In this document: positions 29,190 to 42,683 of the stretch, one piece after another | Layout of the letters: every line of letters begins with the position of its first letter | Position numbering within the stretch: position 1 is the stretch's first letter | DNA from: Octopus vulgaris | Taxonomy: Eukaryota | Assembly (NCBI GenBank): GCA_951406725.2 | Contig: OX597814.1 | Span: forward strand, 156,178,001 to 156,242,000 | Length of the DNA: 64,000 nucleotides | Reading direction: 5' to 3' | The notes under the pieces: generated by a model | Seen by the model: only the letters and a program-made list of their open reading frames with translations | Told to the model about the DNA's origin: nothing | Database searches by the model: none | Made by a program: the position numbers and the translations under genes

Positions 29190-29900
29190 GGGCTGGTCGT
29201 GGTTTCTTGAACGGCATCGTGCATCCAACTTCATTCTTTGTACTTTACGCACTTTCTTGTCCTTTTCTACCCATATTGTCAAACCATCAGAATTCTCACC
29301 TTATCCCTGATTATTTCCAAAATTGTTATCTCTCAGATTCTCAAATGCAACATTAACCGCACGAGATCAACAGTCATGTATGACCTGCAAAAGCCATTGG
29401 TATAACCCTTCCTCTGGAACAAACACTATAAAGCGTTAAAAGATATCAGCAAGGAACCGGATGGAAGTTTTGAATATGGTTTCCTGGAAACGTATCTCTT
29501 CTTCTAAATGTTTATAACAAGTATGCCAAAAATATATTTAGATATAATAACTCAAAATGCTGGTGTATGAATCAGAAACCATATATCAACACAAAGCTAA
29601 ACTTTTCATATAGGTACACAACTAATTTGATCCTCTATTTTATCGTCTTCGCAGATACGGAAGGCAAATTCACTGTTTCTATGACTCGAGTCCCAACCGG
29701 AAAAGCTAGAAACAAAATACTGTTATTAATATTTTGTTCAACGCTTTTAAAATCACTGCTACAAGACCACTTGAAGAAGTTGCGATATTACTAAATCGTA
29801 ATGACTGAGGAGATAAAATCTCACTCGAATGAAACGTTCCACATTCTTCTCATCGACAACCACTTAACAAAGATTTGAACAACTCATATTCACTTGATAT
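29190..29900 (-). mobile_element. Ancient RTE-like LINE relic
   Basis: Weak minus-strand echoes of the 'ILSP' and 'xxDD' RT motifs and an RTE-like C-terminal region. Confidence 0.4.
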
Positions 29901-30299
29901 ATCTGTAGAGCAGTTAACAAAAGATAAGGAATAAATGGATTGGCTGTGACGAGTTGGTTTTAAGTTGAATAACAGATTTATGTACTGAGGTATCAACCAC
30001 AACAACAGCAACTACTACAACTACTTTAATAGTAGTAGTGGTAGTATTTGTAGAAATAGTAAGAACAATAACAAGAAAAATAGCAACATAATGCAACCAC
30101 AACAGAAGTCTTTATGCGGTTGCCAATCCTACTAGAAATAACAGTGATATTTCACCTACAGTGTTCTTAAAATGAAGCTGTAATTACAGATTCTGGATGC
30201 GCAAAGAAAGACACAGTCGTCAGGAATTAAATGTAATCTAATTTATGCCTGCTTGATCACAAGCATGCTGTAACCGAACTAGTAATACTACTAATAATA

Positions 30300-30828
30300 C
30301 TTTCTACTAAAGGCAAAAGGTCTGAAATTTTGGGGGTGGGACTGATCGATTACATCGACTCCAGTGTTCAACTGTTGCTTAATTTATCGACCCCGAAAAG
30401 AGGAAGTCCAAAGTCGACATCAGCGGAATTTGAACTCAGAACGTAAGGACGAACGAAATGACGCTAAGCATTTGGTCCGGCGTATTAACGTTTCTTATTT
30501 CGTTATTGCCCACAAAGGGCTAAACATAGAGGGGACAAGCAAGGGCAGACAAGCGGATTAGGTCGATTACATCGACCCCAGCGCGTAACTGGTACTTAAT
30601 TTATCGACCTCAGCGGAATTTAAACTCAGAACGTGGCGGCAGACGAAATACCTATTTCTTTACTACCCACAAGGGGCTAAACACAGAGAGAACAAACATG
30701 GACAGACAAACGGATTAAGTCGATTATATCGACCCCAGGCGGAATTTGAACTCAGAACGTAGTGGCAGACGAAATACGGCTACGCATGTCGCCCGGTGTG
30801 CTAACGTTTCTGCCAGATCACCGCCTTC
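30300..30828 (-). mobile_element. SINE family A multimer (three partial units)
   Basis: Three repeats of 'gtcgattacatcgac...gcggaatttgaactcagaacgt'. The head reverse complement ends at '...gccagatcaccgcc'. Confidence 0.9.
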
Positions 30829-31340
30829 TACTAATAATGCTTGTATTACATCTACGACTACCACCACCATTACCACCATCACAAAAGCCACTACCGCCAC
30901 TACCACCGTGCTACTGTTACTGTTACTGCTACTGCTGCTGCTGCATTTATATCCAAGCATCTATGGCTACTTTAGTACAAAGTCAAACGAAGCTTTCGAA
31001 TTCACCTATCGATTAGAAGTACTTTTATATCGAGCAAAGTGTGTTATTATCATTGTTCATATAAACTTCACATTCGTTTCTGATTACCCACCTGACAGCA
31101 GCGCCGTTTACATTAATTACAATCGGTATCATAATGGACTAATTTCTCTGTTGTATGTTGTCTATTTATAGCAATGTATGTGTTTCATGTATATTATATC
31201 ATATAAAAATACGTCATATATATATGACGAATATATATATATAAGCGGTACCATACGGGGACGCAAGCACACCACCACGACTGTCAAACGGTGATGTGGA
31301 GAGGACAAACACAAACACACAAATACACACACTCACAAAA

Positions 31341-31371
<31 letters not shown>

Positions 31372-31427
31372 ACATATATGTATATATATGTATGTATAGA
31401 GTGTTAGGTGTGGTGTACAGAAATTAA

Positions 31428-31575
31428 ATACTGAGAAAAAGTCGTCAGAATTCTGGGAAAAAATCTTTTTATTTCTTCATTGTTATTAGCGCTTTCCTTA
31501 CGAACGAAAGCGCTAATAATAACGAAGAAATAATAAGATTTTTTCCAAAATTCTGACGACTTTTTATCTCAGTAT
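31428..31575. repeat. Near-perfect ~70-bp-arm inverted repeat (foldback)
   Basis: 'atactgagaaaaagtcgtcagaatt...attagcgctttc' / 9-nt loop / 'gaaagcgctaat...aattctgacgactttttatctcagtat'. Confidence 0.95.
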
Positions 31576-31576
31576 A

Positions 31577-31770
31577 TATAAACTTAGATATGTTTCGACC
31601 AATGATTGGTCCAGGCCATGTCTAACTTAATAGCACCACCTGATAGGATTATTTAAATCCTGTTTAAGTCAAGTTTTGTAAATGGTCCATTCAAGTAGTG
31701 AGTTTTTTTGTTGGGTGAGTTGTATCCAATTATGGGTGGCTTATCTGGTATTCCTTGAAGGAATCTATCC

Positions 31771-31777
<7 letters not shown>
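31577..31777 (-). mobile_element. CR1/L2-group LINE 3' end
   Basis: Minus strand reads '[17 protein letters not shown]...SLLEW', then a 3' UTR with a 'gaccaatcattggtc' stem-loop. Homologous to 62400-62800. Confidence 0.75.
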
Positions 31778-31828
<51 letters not shown>

Positions 31829-31849
31829 CATTTGTATGTATGTATTATG

Positions 31850-31946
<97 letters not shown>

Positions 31947-32880
31947 GAATACTTGTATATTGATGAAATGTTTGGTGTTGATTATAGTAAGATAAAATCA
32001 TGATAATAACAATACATCTCATAGTTGTAAAATAAACCATTTTGAAACTACATATACATCAACAACAAAAAGCTACCTGCGGACTCGTAGCTCTATATGT
32101 CTTTGAAAGACCGGTACACTTTGTTTGTGGATAAAAACTGATGTCGGGCAAACGAATAAATATATGTAAATACTATTTCTTCCTTCTTGGCATGGATTCT
32201 TCGATGTTTACTGGTTTGTCAAATATGTTCAAAGTAAACCGTGTTCTGCGTTGGGCATTCCACCAGTATACGAAATTTTATATTGTTTAGTTAGAAAACG
32301 AATTAATTAAAAAATCTACGAGCCAAACTGAACAGATCTAAGGCACAGAATTATATTTTAGAGAATCTTTAATAAAATATTAACGGTTTCGATGTACCCA
32401 TTTTATCAAATATTAGAAGTATTAGAAGCAATTTGGGGTGGGGGTGTAGTCAGAGGGAAAAACTTTTTTTTTTGGTGGCGGGGTTAACAGATTGTACCCA
32501 AATTTGAGTTCTTAATGAAATTTTGCTTTGTCAATCTCTTACAAATGTTTTGTTTATGTAGCTTTGGGTGGGGCTCAAGATTTCAAGTTTCAGGAAGTCT
32601 TTTGAATTCAATGGGAAGCTTCTTACTCATGGTTTAAGCCAGCTGTGTGTTTGGAATCTATTGTGAAAAGCATTTTCCTCTTTTTTCGTTTTCTATTGAG
32701 AGAAAATGGTTGAATGTTTAAGGATGGTTATTCAGAGAACTAGGGTGGATTTATTTGCCATTTGTTTTGCTCTGTGTGTGTGTGTGTGTCTGAATGTGTG
32801 AGTGTTTGGAATGTGTTTTTTTTATCTTTTTTCTTTTTATCTTTTTCTATTGGCGGATTGTGCTCAGTAGTTCTGACCAG

Positions 32881-32915
<35 letters not shown>

Positions 32916-33183
32916 CGTGTGTGTGTGTGTGTGTGTTTTGTTTTGTCTCTGTGAATATGTGTGAGTGTGTATGTGTGCATGCATGTATGTTGTTTTTGGC
33001 CTTTTAGAAATGTATTTATATATTGTAATGGTTGTGTATGTGTGAGTGTTTTTGATTTTAGGGGGAATGCTGTGTGTACGTTATCGTGGCATGTATGTGC
33101 GTAACAGATCTTTATATGTTGATTGCATGGATATTTCATTTCCACACACGTCAGCTGAATTCAATTCGTCCCCAGTCGAAAGA

Positions 33184-33525
33184 CACCTGTTGTTATGTCC
33201 TGTTATTATTATTTTTTTTCATTGTATTTTGTATTTATTTTTGTGTAACATCGTCTGTTTTTCCGTCCTTGTTTTCGTATACATTCGCTGGTTTCTTCCA
33301 AGGAATCTAATGCTCTTAGCTTAGTTTTTCCTTGGGGCTGACCAGATTGGAGCAATCTCAAGTTTAATCAGCCGAAATTGCGAGGATGATCCGGTTCTTG
33401 ACTGAGGATCGGAAGCTTCGAATGACCCGTCCTTGTTTTCTTATATCGTCTATTTGGATGTTTTGTTGTCCCTTTTTGTATCATCTAGTTGTCCGGATGT
33501 TTTGCGTTCTTGTCCCATTTTGTAT
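33184..33525 (+). mobile_element. Non-coding interspersed repeat family E, ending in (TA)n
   Basis: Colinear with the reverse complement of 44340-44639 ('ttccaaggaatcta.tgctcttagcttagtttttccttggggctg.ccagattggag...gaatgacccgtccttg'). Confidence 0.9.
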
Positions 33526-33527
33526 TT

Positions 33528-33598
<71 letters not shown>

Positions 33599-35429
33599 TA
33601 TATGAACATTGTTTTCTAGAATTCAACGTTACAAATATCCAAATTATTTCTCACGTTTAAGATTTCGCCAAACATTAAAAGAAGATATACTATCACTTTT
33701 GTTTGCAGGTATGTCGAGTAGTATGCACTGAAAGAGATAGGAAAAGAAATTTTCCTGAAAATATGTACCAGTAAAGAATTAGAAGTCACGTTAAAATTCT
33801 TAGAAAGTTTATATTATGTGTATGAGGTGGATAGTCACAGCATATAGATTAATTAATATTTGTGCAAATATGAATAATAATTCCGAACTTTAACGTTATT
33901 GGTGAGTTTCTGCCACCTTTCTTTAAGTATGCTAAAGTATTTTTATGACTAATATTTAAGCAAAACTGTAGTGGAGTAGTGCCTATAGTAGGTTAATGGA
34001 GAATATTTTTGAATTGTTATTTTTACTTAAGTAAATCAATAATTTGAGTGTTAGATTCATAATTAAGAGGAGATAATTAAATGATGTCGATTTTGGTTTA
34101 ATGGGAGAATATAAGCGCTAACATATGCATGCCTGCGAGCATTTATATAGATTCACACGTGATCTGGCATTCACATAAACGTATGTGCCAATATTTTATA
34201 GATATTTTATAGACTGACATACAATGAGAGTGAACCTAAAATATAATAGGGAAAACTCTATTATATTAAAAAAAATAGCCACAATATATTATAAATATAA
34301 ATACAGTACAAATTCTAATAGTAGTATCAGAATCACAAACATACGCATAACAAAATTTCATATGGAATTACGATGAACATAATGGGATGATAAGGACAGA
34401 TCTATTAAACTCTACTAAACTCTTTGAATTCTAGACTAAAAGCTATTTCATTATGTTTGTTGCATTCTTGTGCCTTTCTGGAAATTATATATTGCTCTGA
34501 GATCCATTGTTTCAATCCTAAAATTGTAGTTTTCCGATTTGTCAGAGTATTATGAATTATATAGCTTGTCCATATAATTAATAGCGGAATTGGGATCTTT
34601 AGTTGTACAATTTAACAATGTTCCCTGCTTGTGCTCTTGTAAAGTACATAAGCAATAAGCATTCTCTTATGAGTGGTTCTCCACGAGATTGCACTTACAA
34701 ATCTCCATCAAATTACTCTCGCTTCTTACAAAATGAAGGACAGTTACTGATTGCATCAAGATCAGTAATGCCAACTTGATACAACTTGTCTTAAGACAAG
34801 GCAAGATGATTATGACCGGTGCCAGTTTTATCGTAATTTTGGTTAATCGGGAGAAATTGTTGATGCTGATAACGACAATAACAGCAACAACAGCGACACT
34901 ACCATAACACTGTAAAACTTGTGACATCATGTCTACTATGTAAAAAATAAGAATTTATATTAATAAGTGTAATGGAGTAATCTCTAAATTAGCCGGCACT
35001 TTTTAGCGACTGCTTTGATAGACAGATCGATTGCTAGATCGGAACTGAGATAAATTATGTTGAGATAAACTATGATGGATCAACTGAAAGTATTCAAAAT
35101 TATTTTGTTTATCTATTATAAATAAGAATTGCAAAATACAATGAGTGTTTATGTCTGATGCAGGGTAGGGGGATGAGAAAGAGAAAGAGAAAGAGAGGAA
35201 ATGGTGCTGACTAGAAGAAAGAAAGGCAGGGAGAACGGTGGCGTTGATGTGAATAGAAGGATTGGTTATGTATGGACAAGCGAATTTGAATATCTGGATC
35301 TGTGTAACGTTACTAGATACAGGCTGGTTGGTGGGCGATTAAGTGTCTGTCTGGATGGCTAATTCCTATTTATTCTGACAAAGCAAATTTACACACTCGC
35401 ACAGGCACATAAATGCATACATACATACA

Positions 35430-35461
<32 letters not shown>

Positions 35462-35541
35462 CACACTTGCAGATGTGCATGTGTGAATTATATTTTCTGT
35501 CCGTGCGTGTGGATATATATGGTCTTGTGTGTGTGTGTGTT

Positions 35542-35601
<60 letters not shown>

Positions 35602-36877
35602 CGCGCGCACATAGATATAAATATAAACACAAACTAATACATCGGAGTTAGTATGGATTTTTTTTCTTCTCCGTTTCTTCGCTTCTGTGTGGATGTGTAT
35701 GAATATTATCTGTGTGCGTAAGCTGATAGAAAAATAATGTTAGAGGGTGATTGACTGATTTATTGACAACAAATACTGACAGATGAACGACTGAATGGAT
35801 AAAGGGATCAATAATAGAATCATAAACTTCCAATTGAATGAATGGGTAAACTAAAAAAGTTGGATAGGAAGAAAATCGATGCAAATTATTATTCATTCAC
35901 TATTTGGATCAACTGACGCTATTTTTAGTTAGCTATCTGGATTTTTGTCCATGTGAAGAGAAGCTGCGCTGCATTGCTCAGGGAGAAATTCAAGGATTAG
36001 TTGAATAAAGAGTTTTTATATATTTGAAAAACATTTATAAAGTTTAGATTATCATTAAGCTGTGTTCCTAGTGCTAGGTTTTCATTAAAAAAAACAGCAT
36101 CTGTAATTAGAATATGTGTGTTTCATATATCTTTTTTCATATTTCTATCGATCCGCTTTTGCCAACTTGAATCTCATTTGCATAATTTTATAACATAAAT
36201 GGTGTTATTGTTAATCAGCCTCAGAAGGTGATCAGTTTACAGAATCGTTAGCGCGTCGGAAAAAATACCATGCGGTATCTCTTTCGACTCATTACATTTT
36301 AATTTCATAACCTGCTGAGATCAACTTTGCTTTCATCCTTTCAAGTTATAGGGTCGGTGTAAGCGACTTACTCAACCGATCCATCTCGTTGTCCTTGTGA
36401 TAGAAATATCAAAGAAAAAAATTGTTATTTAGCATAAGTTTTTCCCTGATTGTGGAAACATTTGATCAAATAGATTCCAGACTTGCCAACTACGCCTTTC
36501 TTCCAGACATGGTCTATCTAGGACTATATTATCTAATATGCCCTTCCATTTGCAATATGATGATGCATAATTGAGAAAAATTTAGTTGCAATATCATGGG
36601 AGGCTTAGCGTTCACATTGAAGCTTCTTTCTCGACTAGTTCTAATGTTAATTATTTAATGTGATATTCGATTTGTTTGCAGTAATCTTGCGCAAAATCTA
36701 CCGTATGGTAATCAGAATAGTTTCAAACACGTTTTCTAGTACAGTGATCATTTAAGCTGAAAGGTCGATGTGCTTCAAAGATCACTGTAAGATCGCAAAG
36801 CAAAAAGATTTGAGGAGCGGCCAAATCCACTAATTATGTATGTATGCATGTATGTATGTATGCATGTATGTATGTAC

Positions 36878-37000
<123 letters not shown>

Positions 37001-37368
37001 TGTATGTATGTATGTATGTATGCATGCATGTATGTATGTATATATATATATATATATATACGCAACCTGCAACCGCGCTCCTACACGCACTCGCACACAG
37101 ACCCACATACACAGACACACATACATGCGCCTATATGTATGTGTTCTGTGTGGGGGGGGATGTATGTGTGTGCGCGTGTGTGTGTATGTATGCGCGTGTA
37201 AACGCATGCAGGCGCATGTTTGCGGGCTGTGTGACAATAACCAGACATATGTTATTCACAAACTCCCCTCGCAACTAAAATTTTATTAGAAAAAAAAACA
37301 AAACCTTTTTAAAATCCATTTAAATGCATATTGGCATGTTTTCTCAGTTTTCTTTGTTGCCTTTTCAG

Positions 37369-37595
37369 ACGGAAGCTCAGGTACACCAACACCGACATCA
37401 GCGGCTGCTGTACGTGACTTAGCCTTTTATTTTCCGCCTACTAAATCCGACTCGGATACTGGAGCTGAACGTGCTAGTCCAGCAGCGAAAGCGCCTGATA
37501 TGAGCCCTTGTGTTTCCAAACTCCGGCAAAGAAGAGCTTCCATGCACGATGCTATTGATTATACGAAGATTGACACTAAACTCTACGACAAAATC
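37369..37595 (+). CDS. Internal coding exon (227 nt) of a large gene; possibly the synaptotagmin-type linker preceding a C2 domain
   Basis: Acceptor 'ttttctttgttgccttttcag|AC' and donor 'AAATC|gtaagt'. Open frame xGSSGTPTPTSAAAVRDLAFYFPPTKSDSDTGAERASPAAKAPDMSPCVSKLRQRRASMHDAIDYTKIDTKLYDKI; GC-richer and non-repetitive. The product guess rests only on 'KIDTKLY' resembling the 'RI.PELY' motif upstream of C2A in some synaptotagmins (about 0.35 confidence). Confidence 0.82.
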
Positions 37596-37717
37596 GTAAG
37601 TTAAGACAGTTACATCATCTACTTCTTTCCTTTCCAGTTTAAAACGATGAAAATATGCAACTTTATAATTAACCTTTTATATGCTTTTTCAATTTAAATA
37701 TTAAAAAAAAAAAAGGA

Positions 37718-38370
37718 ATGCGTCGAGCTAGCAGAATCATCAGCACACATAGCAAAATACTTTGCAGCAGTATTTCACCCGTCTTTACGTTCTGCGTTCA
37801 AATACCGCCGAGGTCAACTTTGCCTTTCAAAATTTCGGGTTTGATAAAATAAATACCAATTTAACACAAGGGTCAATATAACAGTCTTACCCTGCTCCGA
37901 TCTTGGGCCAAAATTTGAAATCAGTATTAATACAAAGAATGAAGGCGGTGAGCAGTCAGAATCGTTAGCACACAGAGTAAAATGTCTAGCGGTATTTCGT
38001 CCGTCTTTACATTCTGAGTTCAAATTCCGCCGAGGTCAACTTTGCCTTTCATCCTTTCGGGATCGATAAATTAAGTACCAGTTACGCACTGAGGTCGATC
38101 TAATCGACTTAATCTCTTTGTCTGTCCTTGTTTGTCCCCTTTATGTTTAGCCCCTTGTGGGCAATAAAGAAATAAGGACTGTTAGCACGCCGGGCAAAAT
38201 GCTTAGCGGTATTTCTTTACCTTCTGAGTTCAAATACCGCCGAGGTCAACTTTACATTTCATCCTTTCGGGTTCGATGAAATAAGTACCAGCTAAATACT
38301 GAGGTTGATGTATTCGACCTACCCTTCACTAGAAATTGCTGGCCTTGAGCAAAACTTTGAAAGCGATATT
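37718..38370 (+). mobile_element. SINE family A cluster (three units)
   Basis: Three cores 'gttcaaat.ccgccgaggtcaacttt' at ~37795, ~38017 and ~38227. Further copies lie at 36225-36410 and 38787-39000. Confidence 0.9.
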
Positions 38371-38384
38371 GATAAATAGGAGGC

Positions 38385-38780
38385 GTAGGGGTGGCTGTGT
38401 GGTAAGTAGCTTGCTTACCAACCACATGGTTCCGGGTTGAGTCTCACTGTGTGGCACCTTGGGCAAGTGACTACTATAGCCTCGGGCCGACCAAAGCCTT
38501 GTGAGTGAATTTGGTAGACGGAAACTGAAAGAAGCCCGTCTTATATATGCATGTGTGTGTATATGTTTGTGTGTCTGTGTTTATTCCCCCAACATCGCTT
38601 AACAACCGATGCTGGTGTGTTTACGTCCCCGTAACTTAGTGGTTCGGCAAAAGAGACCGATAGATTAAGTACAAGGCTTACAAACAAAAAGTCCTGGGGT
38701 CGATTTGCTCGACTAAAGGCGGTGATCCAGCATGGCCACAGTCACATGACTGAAACGAGTAAAAGAGTAAAAGAGTAAAA
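38385..38780 (+). mobile_element. SINE family B, full length
   Basis: 'gtggctgtgtggtaagtagcttgcttaccaaccacatggttccgggtt...ggcaccttgggcaagtg', internal (TG)n, tail (GAGTAAAA)n. Confidence 0.92.
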
Positions 38781-39280
38781 AATATGAAGGCGGTGAGCTG
38801 ACAGAATCATTAGCATACCGGGCAACATGTCATCAGCATTTCGTCTGTCTTCACGTCCTGAGTCCAATTCTGCCCAAGTCAATTTTATCTGTCATCCCTT
38901 TTGGGTTCGATGAAATAAGTACCAGTCGAACACTGTAGTCGATGTAATCAACTTGACCATTCCACGAAGTTGCTGGCCTTGTGCTAAAATTTGAAATCTC
39001 TATTAACAAAAATAAAGCTGTAAGGATATAAACGGCTTTCAAAACAAGTAGTAATCAATTACTGTGAAATATTAGAAATAGTGATTATATACAATGCTGA
39101 TTATATGCAATATGGTTATTATGTACAATAATAACAAACTAACAAACTAATTTACTCTTTCGCTTTTTTCCCCTTCTCTCTCTATCTCTCTCCCCTTTCT
39201 CTCTTTCCCTTTCTGTTTTCTCTGTTATTTTTTCTTTCTCTCTTTTCATATAAACGAATCCATATGTGTACGTCCACATG

Positions 39281-39378
<98 letters not shown>

Positions 39379-39445
39379 ACGTTAACAATGTATACTTATA
39401 TATATATATACATCGCCAGCGGTGATATATATATATATATTTATA

Positions 39446-39495
<50 letters not shown>

Positions 39496-39498
39496 CAC

Positions 39499-39538
<40 letters not shown>

Positions 39539-40306
39539 GAGAGAGAGAGAAACGCATGTACATATATATGTATATATACAGATGTATTGATTATCGCTCG
39601 TTGGGCTAAAGAGATAGTTGTTTTAAGGACAGCTTGGCTAATATTGATTTATTAAGGATCTAAAACAATCCGAATATTCCTTTTGTTGTTCTAAATTTAT
39701 CCAGTAATTTGAAGTGGATCTCCTTTCCTGAAACATATTAATACTCTCATTCATAATTTTAACCCAATCACTAAGATATTTAACGAGACAAAGGGAGCTG
39801 TTAAACTGTGATTTCTTTTGCCTTGTGTATAATCAATATCCATACAATCAGTAAGAAAATCTTCTAAAGATTTTGTCTATAAACTATTGAAGTGCTTCCA
39901 GCTAATGAATATATATTAACTGGAATATGTTTGCTGATTGATTTCATTGAACAACTAAATAAAAAATCGAATATTTTGTTATATCATGCAAACATGAGGT
40001 CCTTGTAAAAGATATATTGCAAAGTTTGTCTCCAAAAACTATCTTTTTCGAATGTTGACAAAATTACGGCTCATTTCTATCATCCCCGAGAAAAATCCGA
40101 TATAACTTGTTCAGGGACCTTGAAAACTGCTATAATGCAAGAAAGTATACTAGTCCCTTAATATTTTATATTCAACATTTCAATAAGACAATCAATACTT
40201 CATTTCATTTTACTATATATATTATTTATACTATATATTCTATATTCTACATTAATATTATAAAGAATATAAATAAAACGTAAAAAATAGAGTTGGAATT
40301 TCTTTG

Positions 40307-40348
<42 letters not shown>

Positions 40349-40371
40349 GTGTGTATACACACACACACACA

Positions 40372-41321
40372 CTAGTACTGCACCCCGGCGTTGCCCGAGT
40401 GTTAAGACATACAGTCATATCGTCTGATTTGTTCCTTTCTTATGGACAGAATCAGCACAGCTGTTATATAGTAAACTGGATTACTAGCATAATGGAAGCT
40501 ATTGTTTGTTTAAAAGTGAAGTGGAAGAGGGTACAATTTGCATGGGGTTGTGCTTTCTGTTCTTAAGAAGGATCACAAACTATGTATTGTTTCATCGTAT
40601 AAAAGGGGGTTAACACGATTTTGCTCAGAAATCACCTTACTCCGCAATTTCTTAATTTGTCACTTTGTTACGAATTGTTTTTTTTTCTATCCATATACTA
40701 ACATACAGAGATTACGAATCTGAGAAATATATATTTTTTAAAAGTTTAATTTTTCTTCAAGGAACACCTAATACCCCTTCCCCCACCTTGTCCACCCATC
40801 ACCTATCCGCTTTCAAAAAGTTGAAAACACCCAATGTTTCACTTTCGTCATATGTTTCACGAATGCGTAGAATTGTACTGAAATAGCAGACGTAAAAAAT
40901 ATTAGAGCACCACTAGACAACCGGATATGCTAGAAGCAACAGGTAAACGACATTATTTCTGAAGAACCTTCCCCGCTTTCCAAAAAGCTAAAAGGGAAAC
41001 ATTGGGAGGTTGTAGATTTTTTAAAGTGGTGATGGATGGATGTTTGGGAAGGAGATTAAAGATTCATACTCTCTGTTTTTTTTGCTCCGTGGATTACCAA
41101 GAAAAAAAATTCGAAAAAAGTAGAAAATGAAGAAATCGGGATGGGGAGGGAGAAAACTGAAATATTGAGAACGTGTTTTGGGGGTGAAATCCTAATCTCC
41201 CGTATTGAAAACATACGAATTGGAGGAAATTTAAGGAAAACAATCAGGCGGGGTGTGCAAATGTCACCTCGGGCATGTTAGAAATAACATGTAAAGGACA
41301 GGATTTCTGTTATATCGTAGA
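40372..41321 (-). mobile_element. Non-autonomous Helitron
   Basis: The minus strand starts A|TCTACGATATAA (41321) and ends with the hairpin 'cgggcaacgccg' plus CTAG|T (40372), i.e. TC...CTAG termini in an AT target with no TSD. Confidence 0.75.
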
Positions 41322-41452
41322 TCACGTTTTTAAATACACTCATCACTAATACTAATTACTGAATAGAAAAAGATGATTTCAATTGGATTTCAGCTGTAAT
41401 TTTGCACATGTACTTAGCAAGAAATAACATAGTTCAAACAGAGGTTTTAGCT

Positions 41453-41485
<33 letters not shown>

Positions 41486-41654
41486 GTGTGTGCGTGTGTG
41501 TGTGTATGCAAGTGCATGTGTGTGTGTGCGCGCGTGTGTTTGTGTGTGCCAAAGGAAGTTATTTTATGGCATTCCTTCGTTTGAAGCAGGAAATTTGTCA
41601 ACTCGATCATATGGTCGATCATATGTGATCATATGTCTGTTCGTTCACTTCTGT

Positions 41655-42433
41655 CAAAACTTTTATTTCTTTATGCTTTGAAGGGAGTAGTAATTGAAAG
41701 AGAGTAGTAAGTGAAAAGGCGTCATTTGCTTTGAAGTGAGAGCAGAAAGCGAAAGATGCATGTGCGTGAATATGAATTGGATATGTGCCCGTGTATGTGC
41801 GTGTACGTGTGTGGGTGGGTGTGAGAGAGAGTGTGTGTGAGTAAAGGTTTGTGTTGTCATGTTTGTATATTTTGCATGTTTATGTAAGTGGCTCTCACTC
41901 GCGCGCGCTCTCTCTCTCTCTCATACGCACACACACATTATATTTCATATACACGTACATAAATATATGCATACATCTTTTTTTGTTTCTTTGTGTGCGT
42001 ATGTATGCGAGAGAGAAAGTGAGTAACTGTATTTTCTCATAACATATAGAGAAATGGATGTCTTTTAAGATACACACTCATATAGAAAATGTGACGTCGT
42101 TGTTATCGTGGTATAAAATGTCGTTTAGAATGATTGAATTATAGAAAGATTATAATGTTAAAGTTTTGTAATGCAAATAGGTAGCTCAAAATAGTTTATT
42201 TGCTAGCCGAAAGATTATTGAATCTTTTGATACTCCATACGTCAAAACCGGCAACTCAGTTTCCGAATGTATTCGTTAATTTCTGTATTTTTTTTTTATT
42301 TCTTCATGCTTTGAAGAGAGCAGAATTTCAAAGAGAAGAGAAGAGAAGAGAAAGTGAAACCACAAAGAAAGGCAAAAGTGAAAGATGTATGTACATATAT
42401 ATGAAATGGACGTGTGTTTGTGTGTGTGCGTGA

Positions 42434-42468
<35 letters not shown>

Positions 42469-42644
42469 TGCATATATGTGTGAGCGTGAGAGAGAGAGAG
42501 AGAGTGAGTGAAGGTATGTACTGTCATGTATGTGTGAGTGGCACTCACTCGGTGTCACTCTCTGTCTCACACACACACATCTTTCTTATACACATACATA
42601 AATACATATGTATACATCTTTTTTGTATATATGTGTGCGTGTGC

Positions 42645-42683
<39 letters not shown>

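Noticed and set aside
29620-29794. Good-looking branch point/acceptor at 29654 and a 75-aa ORF
   Set aside because: It appears to be the antisense of a decayed RTE-like relic; all frames stop and there is no donor.
30340-30790. CRISPR-like regularly spaced repeats
   Set aside because: These are SINE A multimers in a eukaryotic context; the spacers are themselves repeats and there are no cas genes.
33395-33435. Hammerhead in repeat family E (CTGAGGA...GAATGACCCGTC)
   Set aside because: Both copies have GAAU rather than GAAA, stem II is not conserved and stem I cannot be formed convincingly.
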